Both the position numbers and the translations under genes were made by a program. Of a DNA stretch of 64,000 nt, positions 10,070 through 19,824 are shown piece after piece (positions within the stretch are counted from its first letter, which is position 1; each line of letters opens with the position of its first letter). The stretch comes from an uncultured Gemmatimonadales bacterium. GTDB taxonomy: Bacteria; Gemmatimonadota; Gemmatimonadetes; Gemmatimonadales; GWC2-71-9. The DNA is taken from the NCBI GenBank assembly GCA_963795085.1, contig CAWCFX010000001.1, positions 1 through 64,000 on the forward strand, written 5' to 3'. The notes below the pieces were generated by a model. That model did not search any database and was not told the DNA's origin. It saw nothing but the letters and a program-made list of their open reading frames with translations.

Positions 10070-10445
10070 AGCAGCTCACCGCTAACGGATAGTCATTGCT
10101 TTTTCTATCACAAAAGCACGAACAACAAAACAGAAAATACTTCAAATACCGGGACACAAGAGGGCAAGGGGGCAGGGGGCGCCAGAGGGCCAAACACCTT
10201 CCTCAGGGGGCAAGGGGGCAGGGGGGGCCAGAGGGCCAACAACTTTCTCAGAGGGCCAGGGGGCCAGGGGGCCGAACGACTTCCTTCTGTCATTTCGACC
10301 ATTTGCTACTTTGTTGTTCGTGCTTTTGTGATAGTCAGGCTCGAATCCAGTGTGCGCCAGCCTGCGAACTCAGCGAAGTTTCCAGCGTACTCAGCGGTGA
10401 GCTGTTCCCGCCAAGGGGGCAAGGGGGCAAGGGGGCCAGAGGGCC
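10070..10445. repeat. Second copy of the composite repeat block
   Basis: 10261-10423 is essentially identical to about 9095-9257. A 25 bp perfect inverted repeat lies at 10105-10129 / 10310-10334. Confidence 0.9.
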
Positions 10446-10473
10446 GAAAGACTTCTAGCGGCCAACCAGGCCC

Positions 10474-10911
10474 TTACCTCTCAATCGCCTCGACCTTCAC
10501 CCGGACCAGGTAGCTCTCCGGCGGTATCGGCTGCGTGGACATAGGCGCCGGCGTCAGATCCACCAGCGTCACCCGGAGACCCCACGACTCTCCGCTCTTC
10601 TCCCCTTCCATGGTATTCAGCAACACCTGCTCCGTCGGTCCCTGGGTTCCCCGCGGCGGCCCCACCCCCAGCTCGGCCCGGGCATTGCCGGCCCAGACAC
10701 ACGTGACATCCGCCGGGCAGCGCGAATCCTCGAGCACCCCGCTGAAGCGGATCGCGATGTTCTCCACGAACGTGGTCTCCCCCACCCGGAGGGTGATTTC
10801 ACCGGTGGCGGCCTGGCCCTGGTCCTGGGTGGGCGCCGGGGACCGGTTGTTCTGGCAGGCGCCGAGGCTCAGGGCAACCGCAACGAGCAGGAACGACGGT
10901 AAAGCCCTCAT
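10474..10911 (-). CDS. Lipoprotein with DSRCPxDVxCVWAG motif
   Basis: Lipobox LSLGAC; EDSRCPADVTCVWAG. Confidence 0.85.
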   Translation of the reverse strand: MRALPSFLLVAVALSLGACQNNRSPAPTQDQGQAATGEITLRVGETTFVENIAIRFSGVLEDSRCPADVTCVWAGNARAELGVGPPRGTQGPTEQVLLNTMEGEKSGESWGLRVTLVDLTPAPMSTQPIPPESYLVRVKVEAIER

Positions 10912-11125
10912 GGTATGATGCGGCACGTTGGACCTCCACGACGATGCATAAAGTGGGAATACTCAACTGCAACAGCTCACCGCAATGACTCCCATGTAGT
11001 TCCGGCCCTGAGATTGCCACGCCGGCCTGCGGCCTCCTCGCCATGACTTCGGTGCGGTATGCTGTTGCTATTGTGCCGGTGGACTGCTCGCAAATCGATC
11101 ACCGGCTCCTGGCCGCATTCGCTGT

Positions 11126-11482
11126 TCACCGCTCAGCCTTCGCCGTCCGTCCCCGCTGCCAGGGCCAGTGGCCCTCCAGTTCCACCTCCAGCGCGAAGCT
11201 CAGGAAGGTCCGGATCAGGACGATAACCGCCAGGACGATGACCCGCTCCAGCGTGGGGATTTCAGCCACGGTGCGGATAATGTCCGCCGCCACCAGGAAT
11301 TCCAGGCCGAGCAGGATGGCCCGGCCCAGCTGGCGGCGGTACGAGCGGTAAACAATGGCACCGCCCTCGGAGCGGGACCGCAGGCTCAGCCCCAGGGCCA
11401 CGAAAGGGCCGAGGACCATGACGAGGACGCCGCCTGCTTCCATGATCCGGGCGGCCAGGGTGACGATATCGGGAAACTCCAT
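11126..11482 (-). CDS. DUF1622 family membrane protein
   Basis: RRQLGRAILLGLEFLVAADIIRTV and IVLIRTFLSFALEVELEGHWPW. Confidence 0.9.
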   Translation of the reverse strand: MEFPDIVTLAARIMEAGGVLVMVLGPFVALGLSLRSRSEGGAIVYRSYRRQLGRAILLGLEFLVAADIIRTVAEIPTLERVIVLAVIVLIRTFLSFALEVELEGHWPWQRGRTAKAER

Positions 11483-11559
11483 GGCAACCGCTCCTCGGGG
11501 TTCATTCCCTTTTTCACGTTGAAATCTGCGGATGCTGGCGCTGCCGGCCCGGTCTCACT

Positions 11560-12087
11560 TCAGACTTTCACCCGGCCCCGAAACCCCCGCGCCGCATAAT
11601 ACGATTCTGCGCCGTTGTGATAGGTAAAGACCTGGCCGAACCGGCGGTCGCAGAAGAGGGCCCCGCCGAGCTGCCGGATGGCGGGTGGCGTCTGGATCCA
11701 GCTCGAGGTCCTGGTGTCGAACTCGCCCAGCTGCTGCAGCTCGCGGTACTGCTCTTCGGTGAGCAGCTCGATGTCCATCTTCGCGGCCAGGTCGAGCGCG
11801 CTGCCTTTGGGCTTGTTCGCTTTCCTCGCCTTGAGCGCGGCCCCGTCATAACAGAGGCTCCGGCGGTCCTTCGGGCTCTCGGCGGAGCAATCCACGAAGA
11901 TGTACTCCCCGGTCTTTCTATCGTGGCCGACGACGTCCGGCTCGCCGCCGGTGCGTTCCATCGCCTCGAGGGCGCGGCGCCGGTCGGGATGGGCGTCGAG
12001 CCGGGCCCGGACACTGGCCCAGTCCAGGCCCGGGTGGCGGGCCGAGTGCTTTTCGAAGCGGGCCTGGAAAGTTTTGAGGAGGTCCAT
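11560..12087 (-). CDS. DUF4256 family protein
   Basis: MERTGGEPDVV, DCSAESPKDRRSLCYD, GGALFCDRRFGQVFTYHNGAESYYAARGFRG. ATG 12087. Confidence 0.88.
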   Translation of the reverse strand: MDLLKTFQARFEKHSARHPGLDWASVRARLDAHPDRRRALEAMERTGGEPDVVGHDRKTGEYIFVDCSAESPKDRRSLCYDGAALKARKANKPKGSALDLAAKMDIELLTEEQYRELQQLGEFDTRTSSWIQTPPAIRQLGGALFCDRRFGQVFTYHNGAESYYAARGFRGRVKV

Positions 12088-12111
12088 GGGTGAAGGGGGC
12101 AAGAGGGTGGG

Positions 12112-12503
12112 AAGTGGGTAAGTGGGTAAGTGGGTAAGTGGGTAAGTGGGTAAGTGGGCAATCTGGTGGATGGGCCGGGGAAAGCAACGGTAGGACGGTA
12201 GGACGGTAAGGCGGGACCGGAAACCAAGCGGAGTCATTGCGAGGAGGCCGCAGGCCGACGAAGCAATCTTCTCACCAGCCCAGGACAGCAGATTGCCACG
12301 TCGCGCTGCGCGCTCCTCGCAATGACTCCGTGGCAGGCCAGCGCTCCTCGCAATGACTCCCCCTGGCCCCCTGACCCACTGACCCACTGACCCACTGTCC
12401 CACCGACCCACTGTCCCACCGACCCACTGTCCCACTGACCCACTGACCCACTGACCCACTGACCCACTGTCCCACTGACCCACTGTCCCACTGTCCCACT
12501 GTC
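12112..12503. repeat. 8-bp microsatellites (AAGTGGGT, GTAGGACG, G(A/T)CCCACT) plus a third REP-like palindrome (12229-12330)
   Basis: Directly visible tandem 8-mers, and a full copy of the 5807-5908 element. Confidence 0.9.
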
Positions 12504-12549
12504 CCCTTTATCCCCTTACCCACCAACCAGTTACACCAGCCCCCCGGAG

Positions 12550-12578
12550 TTGTGTTAAGTCCTTGACTCAACTAGATT
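12550..12578 (+). promoter_or_regulatory. Possible sigma70-type promoter of gyrA
   Basis: TTGTGT-N17-TAGATT, ending ~46 bp upstream of the ATG. Confidence 0.35.
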
Positions 12579-12624
12579 TGAGGCTTCAGCCGCACACCGC
12601 TTCAAGCCCAATTCCTGGAACGTC

Positions 12625-15132
12625 ATGACCGGACCCGATACTCGAGAACGGATCCTCCCGCGTCTCATCGAGGACGAGCTGCAGCAGTCGTTCATCAACT
12701 ACTCGATGAGCGTCATCGTCTCCCGCGCGCTGCCCGACGTGCGCGACGGGCTGAAGCCGGTGCACCGCCGGATTCTCTACTCGATGAGCGAACTCGGGCT
12801 GGTGCCCGGCCGGCCCTTCAAGAAGTCCGCCACGGTGGTGGGCGACGTGCTCGGCAAGTACCACCCCCACGGCGATTCTTCCGTCTACGACGCCCTGGTC
12901 CGGATGGTCCAGGACTTCTCGCTCCGCTATCCGCTGGTGGCGGGGCAGGGCAACTTCGGCTCGGTGGACGGCGATCCCGCCGCCGCCTATCGCTACACCG
13001 AGGCCCGGCTCACCCCGGTCGCGGTGGCGATGCTGGACGACATCGACAAGAACACGGTCGATTTCCAGGCCAACTTCGACGACCGGCTGAAAGAGCCGAC
13101 CGTCCTCCCCTCCAAGATCCCCAACCTGCTGGTCAACGGCTCCAGCGGCATCGCCGTCGGCATGGCCACCAACATCCCGCCCCACAACCTCCGGGAAGTG
13201 GCCAAGGCAGTGCAGCACCTGGTGGACAACCCCGAGGCGACCGTCGGCGACCTCTGCAAGTTCATCAAGGGACCCGATTTCCCCACCGGGGCCTATATCT
13301 ACGGCCGGCAGGGAATCAAGGAGGCCTACGAGCACGGCCGGGGCCGGGTGGTGATGCGGGCCAAGGCCCAGATCGAGGAGCGGGAGAGCAAGGGCAAGTC
13401 GTCCATCGTGGTGACCGAGATTCCCTACCAGGTCAACAAGGAGAACCTCAAGAACCACATCATCGGGCTGGCGCTGGACAAGAAGATCGAAGGGATCAGC
13501 GACGTCCGCGACGAGTCGGACCGGGACGGCATGCGCCTGGTGGTGGAGCTCAAGCGGGACGCGATTCCCAACCTGGTGCTGAACCAGCTTTACAAGCACA
13601 GCGCGATGCAGTCCACCTTCGGGGTGATCATGCTGGCGCTGGACAACGGCGCCCCCAAGGTGATGAACCTGAAGGAGCTGCTGGAGAAGTACATTGCCCA
13701 CCGCCACACGATCATCATCCGGCGGACCCAGTTCGACCTCGACCAGGCCCAGGCCCGGGAGCACATCCTCGAGGGCCTCAAGATCGCCGTCGATAACATC
13801 GACGAAGTGATCAAGATCATCCGCGGCTCCAAGGACACCGAGCAGGCGGACGAGCGGCTGCGCAAGAAGTTCAAGCTCTCCGAGAAGCAGACCGAGGCCA
13901 TCCTCAACATGCGGCTGGCCCGGCTCACCGGCCTGGAAATCGACAAGCTGGAGGCCGAGCTGACCGAAGTCCGCTCCACGATCAAGGACCTGAAGGCCAT
14001 CCTCGCCTCGAAGGACCAGCGGATGTCCATCCTCAAGGAGGAGATGGACGACGTCGCCAAGCGGTTCGGCGACAACCGGCGGACCGAGATCCTGGCCGAC
14101 CAGGAGGATTTCTCGGTGGAGGACCTGATCGCCGAAGAGGACATGGTGATCACCATCAGCCACGCCGGGTACATCAAGCGGATCCCGGTGACGACCTACC
14201 GGCGGCAGCGCCGGGGCGGCCGGGGGCTGACCGGGATGCAGACCAAAGAGGAGGACTGGGTCGAGCACCTGTTCATCGCCAGTACCCACGACTACGTCAT
14301 GTTCTTCACCAACCGGGGGCAGATCTACTGGCTCAAGGTGCACGAGATTCCCCAGGGCGGCCGGGCCGCGCGGGGCAAGCCGGTGGTGAACTGCATCGCG
14401 ATCCGGCCCGACGAGACGGTGGCCGCCGTGGTGGCGGTGCGCCAGTTCTCCGACGACATGTGGCTGATGTTCGCCACCCGCCAGGGCACCGTCAAGAAGA
14501 CGATCCTCTCGGCGTACGGGAACGTCCGCTCCAACGGCATCAACGCCATCAACATCGACGAGGACGACGAGCTGATCGACGTCCAGCTGACCGACCAGTC
14601 CAGCGATATCGTGCTCGCCACCAGCGAGGGGATGAGCATCCGGTTCCACCAGAGCGACGTGCGCGAGATGGGCCGGGTGGCCGGCGGCGTGAAGGGGGTC
14701 GAACTGGATACCACCGACCGGGTCATCGGGATGGTGGTGGTCCGCCGGGACGCCACCCTGCTGGTGGTCAGCGAGAAGGGCTACGGGAAACGGAGCGAGC
14801 TGTCCGATTACCGGGTCCAGCGCCGGGGCGGCAAGGGTATCATTACCCTCAAGAAGACCGAGAAGACCGGCGCCATCGTCGCGCTCAAGGAAGTGCAGCC
14901 CGACGACGAACTGATGATGATCACCCGCGCCGGCGTGATCATCCGGTCCCCGGTCAAGGATATCCGGGTGATCGGCCGCAACACCCAGGGTGTCCGGGTG
15001 ATGAACCTCGACGCCGGGGACCTGGTGGTGGACGTGGCCCGGGTGGTGAAGGAAGACGAGGCCGGGATCGAGGAGAACGGCAACGGGGTGGCGGCGGCGG
15101 CGGAGGTGGAGGGGGAGGAGATCGAAGAGTAG
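12625..15132 (+). CDS. gyrA: DNA gyrase subunit A
   Basis: [29 protein letters not shown], catalytic AAYRYTE, GyrA box QRRGGRG and C-terminal pinwheel repeats. Confidence 0.98.
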   Translation: MTGPDTRERILPRLIEDELQQSFINYSMSVIVSRALPDVRDGLKPVHRRILYSMSELGLVPGRPFKKSATVVGDVLGKYHPHGDSSVYDALVRMVQDFSLRYPLVAGQGNFGSVDGDPAAAYRYTEARLTPVAVAMLDDIDKNTVDFQANFDDRLKEPTVLPSKIPNLLVNGSSGIAVGMATNIPPHNLREVAKAVQHLVDNPEATVGDLCKFIKGPDFPTGAYIYGRQGIKEAYEHGRGRVVMRAKAQIEERESKGKSSIVVTEIPYQVNKENLKNHIIGLALDKKIEGISDVRDESDRDGMRLVVELKRDAIPNLVLNQLYKHSAMQSTFGVIMLALDNGAPKVMNLKELLEKYIAHRHTIIIRRTQFDLDQAQAREHILEGLKIAVDNIDEVIKIIRGSKDTEQADERLRKKFKLSEKQTEAILNMRLARLTGLEIDKLEAELTEVRSTIKDLKAILASKDQRMSILKEEMDDVAKRFGDNRRTEILADQEDFSVEDLIAEEDMVITISHAGYIKRIPVTTYRRQRRGGRGLTGMQTKEEDWVEHLFIASTHDYVMFFTNRGQIYWLKVHEIPQGGRAARGKPVVNCIAIRPDETVAAVVAVRQFSDDMWLMFATRQGTVKKTILSAYGNVRSNGINAINIDEDDELIDVQLTDQSSDIVLATSEGMSIRFHQSDVREMGRVAGGVKGVELDTTDRVIGMVVVRRDATLLVVSEKGYGKRSELSDYRVQRRGGKGIITLKKTEKTGAIVALKEVQPDDELMMITRAGVIIRSPVKDIRVIGRNTQGVRVMNLDAGDLVVDVARVVKEDEAGIEENGNGVAAAAEVEGEEIEE

Positions 15133-15216
15133 GCGTCCCCGGCCGGGGCGCCTTCATGAATGCATCGGCGCTTGCCTGGCCATTATTCCGGGCGTAGGTT
15201 GGCGGTGGAGGTGGCG

Positions 15217-16182
15217 ATGACGGCTGTCCAGCGGGTCTCTATAGAAAACATCCGGGACGCGGCGGCGCTGATCGAGGGCGTGATCATCCGCACGGCCATT
15301 CGGGAGGCCCCCCGGCTTTCCGTCGAGCTGGGTTTTCCGGTCCTGTTCAAGGCCGAACACCTGCAGCCGGTGTGCGCCTTCAAGATCCGGGGCGCCTATA
15401 CCGCGATGGCCCGGCTGACCCCCGCGGTCCGGGCCCGCGGGGTGATCACCTACTCCAGCGGGAACCACGGCCTGGCGGTGGCCTATTCCGCCGACCTGCT
15501 CGGGATCCGCTCGGTGATCGTGATGCCGGAGACGGCCCCCCGGATCAAGGTGGAGGGGGTGAAGAAAAATCGCGGCGAGGTGGTCTTTGCGGGAACCACC
15601 AGCGCCCACCGGCTGGCGAAGGCCGAGGAGATCGTGGCCGAGGAGGGCCTGATCATGATCCCGCCGTTCGAGCATGCCGACGTGATCGCCGGGCAGGCCA
15701 CCTGCGCCGTCGAGATCCTGCAGCAGCGCCCCGACGTCGAAACCATCCTGGTGCCGGTGGGGGGAGGCGGGCTGCTGGCGGGGGTCGCCACCGCGGTGGC
15801 CGCGCTCAAGCCGGAGGTGCGGGTGGTCGGGGTGGAGCCGGTGGGCGCCGCCAAGCTGACCGCGGCGCTCGCGGCCGGCCACCCGGTGACCCTGGAGAGC
15901 ACCGAGAGCATCGCCGACGGCCTCCGGCCGCTCGCCATCGGGGACATCCCCTGGGCCCACATCAACGGACTGGTGACCGAAACCGCCCTGGTGACCGACG
16001 AGGACCTGGTCCAGGCGGTGCGCTACCTGCACAAGGAAATCCTGTACAAGGTCGAGCCCTCCGGGGCCGCCACGACCGCGGCCATCCTGGCCAAGAGGAT
16101 TCCCAACCTCAAGGGACCGGTCGTGGCGATCATCAGCGGCGGCAACATCGACGTGGCGTACTTCGGCAAGTTGACGCACTGA
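15217..16182 (+). CDS. PLP-dependent threonine/serine dehydratase (serine racemase-like)
   Basis: FKIRGA (PLP Lys), SSGNHG, PVGGGGL, VEPSGA, ISGGN. RBS GGAGGT before ATG 15217. Confidence 0.92.
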   Translation: MTAVQRVSIENIRDAAALIEGVIIRTAIREAPRLSVELGFPVLFKAEHLQPVCAFKIRGAYTAMARLTPAVRARGVITYSSGNHGLAVAYSADLLGIRSVIVMPETAPRIKVEGVKKNRGEVVFAGTTSAHRLAKAEEIVAEEGLIMIPPFEHADVIAGQATCAVEILQQRPDVETILVPVGGGGLLAGVATAVAALKPEVRVVGVEPVGAAKLTAALAAGHPVTLESTESIADGLRPLAIGDIPWAHINGLVTETALVTDEDLVQAVRYLHKEILYKVEPSGAATTAAILAKRIPNLKGPVVAIISGGNIDVAYFGKLTH

Positions 16183-17613
16183 ATGAGCACCGCCCCCCGC
16201 ATCATCGTGGCCGACGACGACCAGGCCCTGTCCCGGACTCTGTCCTGGATCCTCAAGGAAAACGGCTACGACGTCACCACGGTCCCCAACGGCGAGAACC
16301 TGGTGGAACGGCTCGCCGCGGAACAGTACGACCTGCTCCTGCTGGACATCATGATGCCGAAGGTGGACGGGCTCCAGCTGCTGGAGCGGGTGAAGAGCGA
16401 CGTGCGGTTCAAGGACCTGCCGGTCCTGATGATCTCCTCGATGCCCCCCGAAGAGGCCACGGTCCGTTCCCTCGGCCTCGGCGCCGCCGATTTCATCTCC
16501 AAGCCGTTCCGGGTCCGGGAACTGCTGGCCCGGGTGAAGGCGCACCTCCGGGTGGGGCGGGAGCTGAACCAGGCCCGGGCCGAGGCGCGGAGCCGGAGCG
16601 AGATGGTGGAGATCCTGCAGGAGGTCACCGCCTCGCTGAAGGCCGACGAGATCTACCAGATCCTGGTGCGGCGGGTGGCCCGCGGGCTCAAGATCTCCAA
16701 GTGCTCGATCATCCTGGCCAAGGCAGGGGACGAGTACGGCACCGTGGTGGCGGCGTACGAGAACCCGATGCTCCGGAACATGCAGGTGGAGCTGCGCAAG
16801 TACCCGGAGATCAGCCAGGCGCTGGAGTCGGGCCAGCTGGTGCTGGTGCAGGACGTGCTGACCGACCCGCTCTACGACGCGGCCCGCTCGGAGTGGGGCG
16901 AGGACGGCACCTACGTGCCCACCCGCTCGGCGATCGCGCTGCCGTTCTTCCTCCGGAACGAGCCCACCGGGGTGTTCTTCCTCCGCACCACCGCCGACGA
17001 TCCGCCGCTCAACCAGGCGGACGTGTCCTTCGCCGACCAGGTGACCAAGGCCGCGGTGGCCGCGCTGGAGAAGGCGTACGACCTGGAGAGCGCGGTGGCG
17101 GGCCAGGAAGAGTTCAAGCACCTCGCCGAGACCGACCCGCTGACCGATACGTACAACCGGCGGGCGCTGGTGGAGAAGCTGGCGGGGGAGCTGGACCGGA
17201 CCACCCGCTACGGCACCGTGCTGACCTGCCTGATGCTGGACATCGACAACTTCAAGCACATCAACGATACCTACGGCCACCTGATGGGCGACCGGGTGCT
17301 GCGGCTGATCGCCGGCATCCTGCGGCGGGAACAGCGCTCGGTGGACGTGGTGGCCCGCTACGGCGGCGAGGAGTTCGTGGTGCTGCTCCCGGAGACGGGG
17401 TTGAGCGGGGCCCGCATCTTCGCCGAGCGGATCCTGCGGCGGGTGGCGGGGTTCGATTTCGGCGAAGGGGGCCGCTCGGTGCGGGTCACCGTCTCCATCG
17501 GCATCGGCACCTATCCCGACGAGCGGGTCAACGACGGCGAGTCGCTGCTTCGGCTGGCCGATACCAACCTCTACAAGGCCAAGAACGACGGCCGGAACCG
17601 GTTCCGCGATTGA
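16183..17613 (+). CDS. Diguanylate cyclase (REC-GAF-GGDEF)
   Basis: Receiver LLLDIMMP; TDPLT, DIDNFKHINDTYGH, I-site RSVD and RYGGEEF. Confidence 0.95.
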   Translation: MSTAPRIIVADDDQALSRTLSWILKENGYDVTTVPNGENLVERLAAEQYDLLLLDIMMPKVDGLQLLERVKSDVRFKDLPVLMISSMPPEEATVRSLGLGAADFISKPFRVRELLARVKAHLRVGRELNQARAEARSRSEMVEILQEVTASLKADEIYQILVRRVARGLKISKCSIILAKAGDEYGTVVAAYENPMLRNMQVELRKYPEISQALESGQLVLVQDVLTDPLYDAARSEWGEDGTYVPTRSAIALPFFLRNEPTGVFFLRTTADDPPLNQADVSFADQVTKAAVAALEKAYDLESAVAGQEEFKHLAETDPLTDTYNRRALVEKLAGELDRTTRYGTVLTCLMLDIDNFKHINDTYGHLMGDRVLRLIAGILRREQRSVDVVARYGGEEFVVLLPETGLSGARIFAERILRRVAGFDFGEGGRSVRVTVSIGIGTYPDERVNDGESLLRLADTNLYKAKNDGRNRFRD

Positions 17614-18674
17614 GCACACGCCGCTGTCCCCGCTGCGGGAGCACCTTCGAATCGCCCGCCCGCTTCTGCCAGAACGACGGCTCGCCGCTGATCGACGTGC
17701 AGACCCCCGCCGGGGCCACGCCCGCGGTGGGATCCCGCACCGAGGTGCGAAAAGCACCGGCCACGCCCAAGGGCGGGGTGGACCGGGCCAGCAGCCTGAT
17801 GGGACAGATCCTCGATGGCCGCTACCAGGTGCTCAAGAAGCTGGGTGAAGGCGGGATGTCCTACGTGTACCTGGCCCGCGAAACCGCGACCAGCGAGACG
17901 GTGGCCATCAAGGTGCTGAGCCCCAAGCTCAGCAACGAGCAGAGCTCGGTGGAACGGCTGCGCCGGGAGGCGGGGCTGGCCATGCGGCTGGAGCATCCCA
18001 ACGTCTGCAAGATTCTCCGGCTGGGCGAGACCGAAGACGGGCTCATCTACCTGGTGATGCCGTACCTGCAGGGCGACCTGCTGAGCGACCGGGAGATCAA
18101 GGGCGGCCCCTTCTCCCTGGAGGAGGGGATGCCGCTCCTGATCCAGATGTGCCGGGGCCTCCACCATGCGCACGAACTGCACATCATCCATCGCGATCTC
18201 AAGCCCGAGAACGTGATGCTGGTGGACGATCCCGATGCGCCGGGCACGCTGCGGGCGGTGGTCATGGATTTCGGCCTGGCCAAGGAGCGGCGGGCCGAGC
18301 CCGAGGTGGCCAAGCTCACGGCCACCGGCATCGTGCTGGGGACGCCCGAGTTCATGAGCCCGGAGCAGATCCGCGGCAAGCCCCTCGACGGCCGCAGCGA
18401 CGTGTACGCCCTGGGCATCCTCGCCTTCGAGATGTTCACCGGCCAGCTTCCCTTCCAGGGCCGCTCGGCGCAGGAAATGATGATCGCGCGGCTCCGCGGC
18501 AACGCCATGCCGCTCCGGCAGGCCAAGCCGGACCTGCCCCCCAAGCTGGAGCAGATCCTCGCCAAGTCGCTGGAGACGGAGCCGGAGAAGCGCTGGCCCA
18601 GCATGGCGGCGTTCGCCGAGGCGCTGTCGGGAGTGGGCGGCGGGACGCTGTTCAACAAGCTCTTCAAGCGATAG
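17610..18674 (+). CDS. Cytoplasmic Ser/Thr protein kinase with N-terminal zinc ribbon
   Basis: TTG start overlaps the cyclase TGA. CPRC...FCQNDG, LGEGGMSYVY, VAIKVL, HRDLKPEN, DFG, GTPEFMSPEQ. Confidence 0.92.
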   Translation: MSTRRCPRCGSTFESPARFCQNDGSPLIDVQTPAGATPAVGSRTEVRKAPATPKGGVDRASSLMGQILDGRYQVLKKLGEGGMSYVYLARETATSETVAIKVLSPKLSNEQSSVERLRREAGLAMRLEHPNVCKILRLGETEDGLIYLVMPYLQGDLLSDREIKGGPFSLEEGMPLLIQMCRGLHHAHELHIIHRDLKPENVMLVDDPDAPGTLRAVVMDFGLAKERRAEPEVAKLTATGIVLGTPEFMSPEQIRGKPLDGRSDVYALGILAFEMFTGQLPFQGRSAQEMMIARLRGNAMPLRQAKPDLPPKLEQILAKSLETEPEKRWPSMAAFAEALSGVGGGTLFNKLFKR

Positions 18675-18714
18675 CGCCCGCCCCCCCCTCACAGATTGAC
18701 GCCGCTGCCCGTCC

Positions 18715-19803
18715 ATGAAACGCTATCCCGCCTTTGATCCCCCCGAATATCTCGACTGGGTCCCCGACGCCGGACTGGTCCGGGAGTTCCGCGCGACCAT
18801 CGCGGGCGCGCCGGAGCGGCAGGCGCGGGTGGCGCGGCTGGGACGGGACCAGCTGCTGGACCTCTACCGGCGGCTGCTCCGCGCCCGGCTCCACGATATC
18901 GGGCTCAAGCGCTGGGTTCGGCAGGGGGTGATCTCCAAGGCGTGGCTGGGGACGGGTGAAGAGGCGACCACGGTGGGGCCGGTGTACGCGCTCGACCCGG
19001 CCCGGGATTTTGTCGCCCCCATGATCCGGAACGCCTCCGCGTGCTGCGACATGGGGATGTCCCTCGCCGGCATGTTCCGCGGCTATCTCGCCACCAGCAA
19101 CTCTCCCTCCCGCGGCCGGGACGTGCATATCGGGTCGCTGGAACACCACGTGATCTCGCCGGTCTCGCCGGTGGGCACCATGGTGCCGGTCTGCCTGGGC
19201 GTGGCCATGGCGGCGCAGATCCGGGGCACGCCGCTGGTCGCGATGACCTGGGTGGGAGACGGCTCGGCCAAGGTGGGCGTTACCCACGAAGGGCTCAACT
19301 TCGCCGCGGTGCGGAAGGCGCCCCTGGTCATCATCCTCCAGAACAACCAGGTCGCCCTCGGCACCCGGCTGTCCCAGCACCACCTGGCCGACTCGTTTCG
19401 CGACTGGCCCGAGGCGTACGGGATCCAGGGGTGGAGCTTCGACGGCAACAACGTGCTCGATGCCTACGCGGCCACCGCGCTGGCGGTGGAGCAGTGCCTG
19501 GCCGGCGAAGGGCCCATCCTGCTGATCGCGGAGACCTTCCGGATGGGCGGCCACGCGACGCACGACGAGCGGGAGGCGCGGGAGACGTTCGCCCCGGAGC
19601 TGTTCGTGGAGTGGGGCCGGCGCGACCCGATCGGGCTCTACGAGGAGTATCTCAAGGGCGAGGGCGTGCCGGAGGCGGACCTGGCCGGGATCGAGGGCGA
19701 GGTGGAGGCGGAGGTGGAACGGGCGGCGGCGGAAGCGCTGGCGGACAAGGAGAAGCTGCCGGAGCCGGCGAGTGCGCTGGATGACGTGTACGCAAACGGC
19801 TGA
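18715..19803 (+). CDS. TPP-dependent 2-oxoacid dehydrogenase E1 alpha subunit
   Basis: GDGS...QNNQ TPP motif; RMGGHATHD; DPI. Confidence 0.9.
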   Translation: MKRYPAFDPPEYLDWVPDAGLVREFRATIAGAPERQARVARLGRDQLLDLYRRLLRARLHDIGLKRWVRQGVISKAWLGTGEEATTVGPVYALDPARDFVAPMIRNASACCDMGMSLAGMFRGYLATSNSPSRGRDVHIGSLEHHVISPVSPVGTMVPVCLGVAMAAQIRGTPLVAMTWVGDGSAKVGVTHEGLNFAAVRKAPLVIILQNNQVALGTRLSQHHLADSFRDWPEAYGIQGWSFDGNNVLDAYAATALAVEQCLAGEGPILLIAETFRMGGHATHDEREARETFAPELFVEWGRRDPIGLYEEYLKGEGVPEADLAGIEGEVEAEVERAAAEALADKEKLPEPASALDDVYANG

Positions 19804-19824
19804 TAGCTATCCAGGAGGTGAGAC

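Noticed and set aside
8853..10513. ORFs translated from repeat blocks (GARGQGGQRAKH, VGQWDSG repeats; also 12234-12571)
   Set aside because: Translations of non-coding tandem repeats, open in several frames, with no RBS or host codon pattern.
12586..14649. Long antisense ORFs opposite gyrA (and likewise opposite susC, leuS, and 35237-38116)
   Set aside because: Expected stop-poor reverse frames in high-GC coding DNA, with no recognisable motifs.
15372..17609. 1100 aa ORF 15372-18674 as one giant kinase
   Set aside because: The first ~746 codons are an Arg/Gly/Pro-rich off-frame shadow of the dehydratase and cyclase genes. The real kinase starts at TTG 17610.
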